Below the pieces are notes generated by a model that was not told the origin of the DNA, did no database searches, and saw nothing but the letters and a program-made list of their open reading frames with translations. Shown piece after piece: positions 1 to 6,517 of a DNA stretch of 24,503 nt. This DNA comes from Candidatus Roizmanbacteria bacterium CG_4_10_14_0_8_um_filter_33_9 (lineage in GTDB: Bacteria > Patescibacteriota > Microgenomatia > UBA1406 > GWC2-37-13), in contig PFLI01000065.1 of assembly GCA_002785065.1 (NCBI GenBank), positions 1,724 to 26,226 of the forward strand, written 5' to 3'. Positions within the stretch are counted from its first letter, which is position 1; each line of letters starts with the position of its first letter. The position numbers and the translations under genes are program-made.

Positions 1-1
1 T

Positions 2-313
2 CAAGTTGAAGTATTGACAATATCTGAAAAACATAATGATTATGCAAAAAAAGTTACGGATATATTGCTTAAAAATAATATACGAGCACATCTTAATGAT
101 GAAAATGCGACGATAGGAAAAAAAATCCGACAATCGACCTTGCAAAAAGTATCTTTTATGATTATAATAGGTGATAAGGAAATAGAAAAATCGCAAGATA
201 AAGAAACTCAGTATGTTATTTCTTTGCGAAGTAGGGAAGGAGAAAATCGAAATCAAATACTTCTCTATGACTTTATTTCCGAATTGAAAAGCACCATTGA
301 GAAATACCTTTAA
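2..313 (+). CDS. thrS: Threonyl-tRNA synthetase, C-terminal anticodon-binding domain (partial; begins before the window)
   Basis: Frame is open from base 2 (QVEVLTISEKHNDYA...IGKKIR...MIIIGDKE...ISLRSR), the class IIa anticodon-binding domain pattern. It lies directly before infC-rpmI-rplT-pheST, the canonical operon. Confidence 0.93.
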   Translation, partial: QVEVLTISEKHNDYAKKVTDILLKNNIRAHLNDENATIGKKIRQSTLQKVSFMIIIGDKEIEKSQDKETQYVISLRSREGENRNQILLYDFISELKSTIEKYL

Positions 314-830
314 TAGCAGACCACCAAAAAAGTATTATGTACTCAACTATCGTATTGAAGCTCCAATGCTTCGTGTTATTGATAGTAAAGGTAAATTGTT
401 GGGAGTAATTACTAAACAGGAAGCGCTTTTACAAGCCCAGGAACGCGATGAAGACTTAGTATTAATAGCACAACACGCAGACCCACCTGTTGCAAAAATT
501 ATAGATTTTAAGAAATTTTTGTATCAAGAGGAAAAAAAGTCTAAGGAAGCACGAAAAGGTATTAAAAAAAGTATTGTTAAAGATTTAAAATTATCTTTAT
601 TTATTGGTCCGGCTGATTTTGATAGAGTCGTAAAAAAGGGAATAGAGTTTTTAAAAGCAGGAAATCAACTAAGACTTAATCTAACTCTTAAAGGAAGAGA
701 GATGGGAAAAAAACAAATGGCGTTTGATTTAATAAAAAAGTATATTACTCAACTTGGTGAGGTAAATGTTTCCAAAGAACCACGAATTGAAGGAAGAGTA
801 ATACGGGCTGTTGTCGCAAGAAAAAAGTGA
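297..830 (+). CDS. infC: Translation initiation factor IF-3
   Basis: NYRI..P.LRVID..G..LGV...EAL..A.E.D.DLVLIA..ADPPVAKIIDFKKFLY is the IF-3 N-domain, and KDLKLSLFIG..D begins the C-domain. TTG start overlaps the thrS end by 17 nt, with an in-frame TGA at 285-287 upstream. Confidence 0.97.
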   Translation: MRNTFNSRPPKKYYVLNYRIEAPMLRVIDSKGKLLGVITKQEALLQAQERDEDLVLIAQHADPPVAKIIDFKKFLYQEEKKSKEARKGIKKSIVKDLKLSLFIGPADFDRVVKKGIEFLKAGNQLRLNLTLKGREMGKKQMAFDLIKKYITQLGEVNVSKEPRIEGRVIRAVVARKK

Positions 831-852
831 CAAATATTAACATTATTTATTT

Positions 853-906
853 GTCATCCTGAATATATTTCAGGATCTAAAAGATGCTGAAACAGTTCAG
901 CATGAC
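853..906. repeat. YGTC-tagged REP-like double-hairpin element (copy 1, intergenic)
   Basis: GTCATCCTGAA-tatat-TTCAGGATCT-aaa-AGATGCTGAA-acag-TTCAGCATGAC: two 8-bp hairpins in inverted arrangement with GTCAT/ATGAC termini, flanked by T and A. Confidence 0.9.
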
Positions 907-921
907 AGTTTAATACTATTT

Positions 922-1122
922 ATGAAAGTAAAACAAAAAACAAGAAAATCTGCAGCAAGCAGATTTCGAGTTACAAAAAATGGTAAGGTAATGCACAGAC
1001 AAAAAGGTTTCAGACACCTTCGAACTGTCAAAGGAAAAAGAAACTTGAGAAGACTTAAAAAAATGAAACCATTAGTTGGAAAATTTGCAATAAAAGTGAA
1101 AAAGATGTTGGGGTTAAAGTAA
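922..1122 (+). CDS. rpmI: 50S ribosomal protein L35
   Basis: K.KTRKSAASRFRVTKNGKV......H....K...RRL; position between infC and rplT. Confidence 0.97.
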   Translation: MKVKQKTRKSAASRFRVTKNGKVMHRQKGFRHLRTVKGKRNLRRLKKMKPLVGKFAIKVKKMLGLK

Positions 1123-1169
1123 TGACTAAGAAAAAAAATTAATATTAATAATTTAATAAAAAAAATCTT

Positions 1170-1517
1170 ATGGTTCGCGTTAAAGGAGGAGTTCATACAA
1201 GAAGAAAACATAAAAAAATTTTAGACCTTGCTAAAGGCTATTGGATGACGCGTCACAAACAGTTTAAAAAAGCAAAAGAAGCAGTCCTACACGCAGGTGA
1301 ATACGCTTTTACCGGAAGAAAAGAAAATAAGAGAAATTTCAGAACTCTTTGGATTATTCGATTAAATGCCGCATTAAAACAGTTTGATTTGAAATACAGC
1401 AAATTCATTCATATGCTCACGACTAAAAAAGTAGGCGTTGATAGAAAAATACTTTCACAAATTGCTAATGAATATCCTTCTGTTTTTGCCAAGATAGTTG
1501 AAGAAGTAAAAAAGTAA
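1170..1517 (+). CDS. rplT: 50S ribosomal protein L20
   Basis: MVRVKGG...R.KHKKIL.LAKGY...R...KRNFRTLWIIRLNAA...DRKILS signature. Confidence 0.98.
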   Translation: MVRVKGGVHTRRKHKKILDLAKGYWMTRHKQFKKAKEAVLHAGEYAFTGRKENKRNFRTLWIIRLNAALKQFDLKYSKFIHMLTTKKVGVDRKILSQIANEYPSVFAKIVEEVKK

Positions 1518-1569
1518 CTTCAAAATAACGTTTAAAATTAGATTATCCTACAGTATACTTATATACTAT

Positions 1570-2646
1570 ATGGAAATAGATGTAACAAATGAAAAAAAGA
1601 AAGCAATTGATTTTATCGTAAATTCATCTTCTTTATCCGAGCTTATCAAAACAGAAACAGAACTTCTTGGACGAAATGGTCTTATTAATTCATTATTAAA
1701 ACAGCTCAAAAACATTATACCTGAAAAAAGAAAGACTGTTGGAATAAATATTAATGCATTAAAACAGGAAGTTATAACACTCATTAATCAAAAAAAACAG
1801 CTATTATCTCAAAAAATAGATGATAAAAATATCGATGTTACCATGCCCGGAACATCTATTAAAACGGGAACTCTCCATCCAATCACAATCGCTATTACAG
1901 AAATAAGTTCGATATTTTCAAAACTCGGATTTATACGAATGTCATATCCAGAAGTTGAGTGGGAGTATCTTGCATTTGACACTCTTAATATGCCAAAAAC
2001 TCATCCAGCACGCGATGACTTTGAAACGACATTTGTTAACGGAGAACCGCATCCAACATACGGAAAAATGATTTTAACTCCCCATACTTCGTCAGGTCAG
2101 ATTCGAGAAATGTGGAGACTTAAAAAACCACCTATTCGCATGATAAATATTGGAAAGTGTTATCGGCCCAATTGGGATGCGACACATACTCCAATGTTTC
2201 ATCAATTTGAAGGACTTTGTGTTGATACTGATATAAATATCACTCATTTAAAAGGTGCTCTTGATTATTTTGCAAAAGAATATTTTGGTGAAAATACACA
2301 AACTCGACTCAGACCGCATCATTTTCAGTTTACCGAACCATCCTTCGAGGTAGATATTAGTTGTACCATGTGCCAAGGAACAGGGATCCTTCGACAATCC
2401 CGTGATAGCGGGACTTCTCAGGATGACCTAAAAGTCAAATGTAAAATATGTAAATCCGGATGGCTTGAACTGGGAGGTACTGGGATGGTGCATCCAAATG
2501 TATTAATATCGGGAGGTATTGATCCTATAAAATACTCGGGATGGGCGTTTGGATTTGGAATCGAACGGGTTATTATGATGAAATACGGAGTCGATGATAT
2601 TCGAAATTATTACTCAGGGGACATGAGATTTTTAAGTCAATTTTAA
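1570..2646 (+). CDS. pheS: Phenylalanyl-tRNA synthetase alpha subunit, with a repeat-derived insertion in the CxxC...CxxC loop
   Basis: GTLHPIT, FDTLNMPKTHPARD, LTPHTSSGQIR, DATHTPMFHQFEG, RPHHFQFTEPSFEVD, GWLELGGTGMVHPNV and AFGFGIERVIM motifs. Confidence 0.98.
   Translation: MEIDVTNEKKKAIDFIVNSSSLSELIKTETELLGRNGLINSLLKQLKNIIPEKRKTVGININALKQEVITLINQKKQLLSQKIDDKNIDVTMPGTSIKTGTLHPITIAITEISSIFSKLGFIRMSYPEVEWEYLAFDTLNMPKTHPARDDFETTFVNGEPHPTYGKMILTPHTSSGQIREMWRLKKPPIRMINIGKCYRPNWDATHTPMFHQFEGLCVDTDINITHLKGALDYFAKEYFGENTQTRLRPHHFQFTEPSFEVDISCTMCQGTGILRQSRDSGTSQDDLKVKCKICKSGWLELGGTGMVHPNVLISGGIDPIKYSGWAFGFGIERVIMMKYGVDDIRNYYSGDMRFLSQF
2385..2427 (-). repeat. YGTC-tagged REP-like half element inserted in-frame in pheS (copy 2)
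   Basis: Reverse complement is GTCATCCTGAG-AAGTCCCGCTATCACGGGA-TTGTCGAAGGATC. It has the same GTCATCCTG start and GGATC end as copies 1 and 4, plus an inner hairpin TCCCG-tgatag-CGGGA (2398-2413). Codons 2383-2427 encode GILRQSRDSGTSQDD. Confidence 0.85.
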
Positions 2647-2650
2647 ATAT

Positions 2651-4624
2651 ATGAACATCAAAGTATTACATAGTTGGTTGCTTGAATATCTCGATACCAA
2701 AGCAACTCCTCCGCAAATACAGCAATATATATCTTTATGCGGACCTTCTGTTGAAAGTGTGGAAAAAATTCAAAATGATTGGTTGTATGATATTGAGATT
2801 ACCTCAAATCGCATTGATACGGTGTCAGTTGTTGGCATTGCTCGTGAAATATCAACAATTCTCAATCGATTTGAAATACCAGCATTATTTAAAAAACCTA
2901 TCCTTCTCGAACCGTCTTCACCAAATAACATTCTTCCTTTTACTATTAAAGATAACGGTAAACTCACAAAACGACTTATGGCAATTGTTATGGATAACAT
3001 TACGGTAAGTAAATCTCCCGATTTTATAACAAAACGGTTAGAAGCTGCTGGAATTCGTTCGTTGAGCAATATTGTTGATATAACCAATTACGTCATGCTT
3101 GAAATCGGTCATCCAACTCATGTGTTTGATTATGATCGAATTAAAACCAATACATTTATCTTAAGACATGCAAATAAAGGAGAAAAAATCACCACACTAG
3201 ATAAAAAAACGCATGACCTATATGAGACTGATATTATCATTGATGACGGAACAGGTCGTATTATCGATTTTCCTGGTATCATGGGTACTGCAAATAGTGT
3301 AGTGACTGACAAAACAAAACGCATTGTCTTTTTCATAGAATCAAATAATCCTCAAGCAATACGTAGATCATCAATGAAACATGGAATTCGAACCATGGCA
3401 GCCTCAATTAATGAAAAAAATCCTCATCCTGCGCTTGTTCAAGATGCACTTTTTCGCGGAATAGAATTATACCAAACATACGCAAAAGCAGAAATTGCAA
3501 GTCCTGTTTATGATCTCTATCCAAATCCTCTAACTTCTAAAAAAATAAGCATTGATATTCCATTTATCCATAAAAAAATAGGTGTACCAATGGATAAAAA
3601 ACAGATTATTTCAATTCTTACTGATTTACAGTTTGAGGTAAAAACTAAACAAGACAATCTTGAAATAACCATACCAACTTTCCGCTATTTTGATATGTAT
3701 GAAAAAGAAGATATTATTGAAGAGATCGCACGAATTTATGGATATCATAATATTCCAGGACAACTACCACCTTTAGCATATATCCAACAACCTAAAGATA
3801 TTGAACAAATCTTTAATTATCAAAATGTTATTAAAACATATTTAAAGCATCAAACATGGTATGAAACAATGAATTATTCCGCATATTCCAAATTGTTACT
3901 ATCTGCGTTTGATTTAAAAGAAACGGATCATCTCCATATTACTAATACAATATCAGAGGATATTAAATATCTCCGCGTATCGATTATTCCGTCACTGCTT
4001 AAAAATATCAAAGAGAACGGGGGATTCTCAACCGATTTAAAATTGTTTGAAATTGCTAAAACATATAAACCTCAAAAAGCAAGCCTTCCTGAAGAACGGT
4101 TTAAATTATCTTTAGTAACAAAAGGCTCTTTTTTGAGCTTAAAGGGATTAATTGAAGCACTGCTAAAAGAACTACATGTTGAAAAATACTCATTTACCCT
4201 GTCTTCACATCCGTTTTTTTCCTCAACTGTTCAAGCACATCTTTTAATTGAAAACGTAGTTGTTGGTGTGTTAGGTAAAGTCAAAAACTCAATTATGGAA
4301 CACATGCAGCTGACTGATTCAGTTTTTGCTGCGGAGTTTGATTTTGAAAAACTGATTGAAAAGGCACGCCTTATGCCTATTTATAAACCATACAATCCCT
4401 ATGCAGCAATCCAGCTTGATTTAACAACGCCTCTCAATCAATCATATGCAAAAATCGTCCAGATTGCGAAAGAATCCGCTCCTCATATAACTCAAATCAC
4501 CCTTAAAGATACATATAAGGATAACGTAACATTACATCTCATATTTTCCTCACCCAATAGAAACTATACAGAAAAAGAAGCACTTATTGAACTTGAAAAG
4601 ATAAAAAATAATATTTTAGTATAG
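2651..4624 (+). CDS. pheT: Phenylalanyl-tRNA synthetase beta subunit, short form lacking the B2/OB tRNA-binding insert
   Basis: IEITSNRIDTVSVVGIARE, RLEAAGIRSLSNIVDITNYVMLEIGHPTHVFD, IPTFRYFD..EKEDIIEEIARIYGY and YLRVSIIPSLL motifs; follows pheS. Confidence 0.96.
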   Translation: MNIKVLHSWLLEYLDTKATPPQIQQYISLCGPSVESVEKIQNDWLYDIEITSNRIDTVSVVGIAREISTILNRFEIPALFKKPILLEPSSPNNILPFTIKDNGKLTKRLMAIVMDNITVSKSPDFITKRLEAAGIRSLSNIVDITNYVMLEIGHPTHVFDYDRIKTNTFILRHANKGEKITTLDKKTHDLYETDIIIDDGTGRIIDFPGIMGTANSVVTDKTKRIVFFIESNNPQAIRRSSMKHGIRTMAASINEKNPHPALVQDALFRGIELYQTYAKAEIASPVYDLYPNPLTSKKISIDIPFIHKKIGVPMDKKQIISILTDLQFEVKTKQDNLEITIPTFRYFDMYEKEDIIEEIARIYGYHNIPGQLPPLAYIQQPKDIEQIFNYQNVIKTYLKHQTWYETMNYSAYSKLLLSAFDLKETDHLHITNTISEDIKYLRVSIIPSLLKNIKENGGFSTDLKLFEIAKTYKPQKASLPEERFKLSLVTKGSFLSLKGLIEALLKELHVEKYSFTLSSHPFFSSTVQAHLLIENVVVGVLGKVKNSIMEHMQLTDSVFAAEFDFEKLIEKARLMPIYKPYNPYAAIQLDLTTPLNQSYAKIVQIAKESAPHITQITLKDTYKDNVTLHLIFSSPNRNYTEKEALIELEKIKNNILV

Positions 4625-4645
4625 TTGCATTCATACCAATAAAAT

Positions 4646-4790
4646 GATACTCCCCGACGCAGAGCATCGGGGCATCTATATGTGTCATTCCGGCGAAAGC
4701 CGGAATCTATATAATTCTGGATCCCGATTTTCATCGGGATGACAAACAATTTTCGCAGCAGAGCTGCGAGGAATTAAACCACTAAGGTTA
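4646..4790. mobile_element. Putative non-autonomous palindrome-bounded element (IS200/IS605- or PATE-like) with two GC-AGA-GC hairpins
   Basis: Hairpin A CCCCGA-C-GC-AGA-GC-A-TCGGGG (4652-4672) and hairpin B TCGCAGC-AGA-GCTGCGA (4753-4769) are in the same orientation about 100 nt apart. B is followed by GGAATTAAACCACTAAGGTTAAA. The boundaries and the family call are inference. Confidence 0.5.
4684..4743. repeat. YGTC-tagged REP-like double-hairpin element (copy 3, intergenic, nested between the GC-AGA-GC hairpins)
   Basis: GTC-ATTCCGGC-GAAA-GCCGGAAT-CT...GG-ATCCCGAT-tttc-ATCGGGAT-GAC; TGTCAT/ATGACA termini as in copy 1. Confidence 0.9.
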
Positions 4791-4791
4791 A

Positions 4792-5364
4792 ATTATTAAT
4801 AGTTTTATCTACTATCGTTCATGCAGATCAAAACCGAGATATTCTTTTTTTAAAAAGATGGACAAAAACCTGAGAGACGCAAAATTAAATGAAATACATT
4901 TTCGATCTACTTTCATTGTAGATATCGTAGCATTTATACTCATGCCGAATCATTATCATTTTTTACTGAAACAACTAAAACAAAATGGAATTATTTCTTT
5001 TATGTCAAATAGTATAAATTCAATTACAAGGTTTTATAATGTGAAAAATGAGAGAAAAGGTCCTGTATTTTTACCTCAGTTTCGCTTTAAACGAATTTTA
5101 TCGATAGAACAGCTTGTTTATACATCAAAATACATACATACAAATGCTTATACTGCCAACATAATTAATACAAAAGAAGAAATCATTAAATATCCATATT
5201 CATCAATGAGTTGCTATATAGCTCAAAATATTTTACAAATCAATTTAAAACCTGTTTTGAGTTATTTTAATCATAATACAAATAAATATATTGATTTTAT
5301 TCAGAAAAATACCCAGAATAATACAGAAAGAGAGATTAATAGTCATATCAATCAATGGAGTTAA
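4792..5364 (+). pseudogene. REP-associated tyrosine transposase (RAYT, Y1 HUH family), 5'-truncated
   Basis: HUH motif FILMPNHYHFLLKQ, then N..NERKGPVF...F, (Y1) KYIHTN and YPYSS. The frame extends upstream of the ATG at 4858 to a TAA at 4789-4791 (IINSFIYYRSCRSKPRYSFFKK), and the usual N-terminal YYHvxNRG segment is absent. Confidence 0.75.
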
Positions 5365-5390
5365 GATACAGCTTGTCAAGATAATCTATT

Positions 5391-6482
5391 TCACCCCAGG
5401 GGTGCATCATGTCTATCGCAAACACCCGAACTAGCAGAAAAAACGATACTTACTCTTGTATCACCATTGGTATCTTGAATAACATATGAAGGCATATGCT
5501 CACCAATTTGAAATAACTGAGTAGCATCTGGAGGAATAAATTCTAACTGAGCATCAGGCGAAAGTACTTTTAATCTTTCTTTAAAATCATAATATCTAGC
5601 AACTATACCTGTACTAAATGATTGATACTGCGCGAAAGCGCGTAAGGCTACAGAATACAAAGGCAACTCAGATAATTGAACTAATTGCGGATCAGGTTTT
5701 GAGGCAAGTTCTCTTAATAAATCAGCTCGTGACTTTGCAGTATTACCATCTTTCATTCTTTCAAATAAAAGAAATAGTATTTGCTTGTCGTTTAATCTTG
5801 AAGAAAACAATCCCAAGCCTCCTGCTTGTTTAAGAATTTGATGATAATTATTTGGTGTCGGATCGGCACAATTACCAACCGCAAAATTACTTTGCATCAA
5901 TTCATTTAAAGCTACCCACATAATATGTTGTAGATCAGGATCAAAAAATAATTGTACTTCTTCAATGCCAAGAGCCTTAATCATGTCAGCGGCAAAAAGT
6001 GAAGTCATAAATGCTGTAGGAGGTGGAGGAACTTCTATTTTATTATTAATGGTTTGATATGTATGTGTTAATCTATCTGGAGTTTTGATCTCAAGCCCCA
6101 TAACAGTTAAAATATTTGCAAGGGGTGGGGTACGTAGAACATCTTCTTTTAAAGCAGAAACTGTAACATTGCCGTGTAAAGGCTCTCCAGAACTTCTGGC
6201 ACAATGAGAAATAACAATTGATGCAGTCTGAGCTAAAGGAGAAAATTCTGGTGGATAACCTGTAAGAATCACTTGTGCGTTTGGATCGTGAATTTTATTA
6301 GAGTATAATATTTTTGCATCAATATATACATTACCCAAACCAATCCATAAGGATCCTTCTGTTCTTGCGCGTAACCAAGATTTAATATACTGTAATGTAG
6401 AATTCCCGGTTATCAAAGGAGGAGCGAGAGATTCGGAGGTAATTGTATATTGTTGAGCTACTGGACTTCTTTCTTCACTCAT
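5391..6482 (-). CDS. Hypothetical soluble protein, 363 aa (start revised to MSEERSP)
   Basis: Long ORF with no motif I recognise. The track start at 6602 overlaps the PBP 3' end, whereas the ATG at 6482 lies 7 nt after an extended -10 TGaTATAAT. Confidence 0.75.
   Translation of the reverse strand: MSEERSPVAQQYTITSESLAPPLITGNSTLQYIKSWLRARTEGSLWIGLGNVYIDAKILYSNKIHDPNAQVILTGYPPEFSPLAQTASIVISHCARSSGEPLHGNVTVSALKEDVLRTPPLANILTVMGLEIKTPDRLTHTYQTINNKIEVPPPPTAFMTSLFAADMIKALGIEEVQLFFDPDLQHIMWVALNELMQSNFAVGNCADPTPNNYHQILKQAGGLGLFSSRLNDKQILFLLFERMKDGNTAKSRADLLRELASKPDPQLVQLSELPLYSVALRAFAQYQSFSTGIVARYYDFKERLKVLSPDAQLEFIPPDATQLFQIGEHMPSYVIQDTNGDTRVSIVFSASSGVCDRHDAPLG
5392..5404. repeat. Short GC-rich palindrome CACCCC-A-GGGGTG, candidate REP of the adjacent RAYT
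   Basis: Perfect inverted repeat 27 nt downstream of the RAYT stop in AT-rich context. The assignment as a REP is inference from position. Confidence 0.55.
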
Positions 6483-6489
6483 ACTTAGT

Positions 6490-6498
6490 ATTATATCA
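6490..6498 (-). promoter_or_regulatory. Extended -10 promoter (TGnTATAAT), leaderless geometry
   Basis: Minus strand reads TTTGATATAAT-actaagt-ATG. Confidence 0.65.
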
Positions 6499-6517
6499 AA
6501 GGAGGACTGTTTTAACA

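Noticed and set aside
1123-1169. AT-only palindromic stretch ATTAATATTAAT between rpmI and rplT
   Set aside because: Low-complexity A/T sequence with no stable stem; not distinguishable from background.
4564-4749. 61-aa minus-strand ORF (MFVIPMKIGIQNYIDSGFRRNDT...)
   Set aside because: It is a translation of the nested palindromic repeats plus the antisense end of pheT, with no independent coding evidence.
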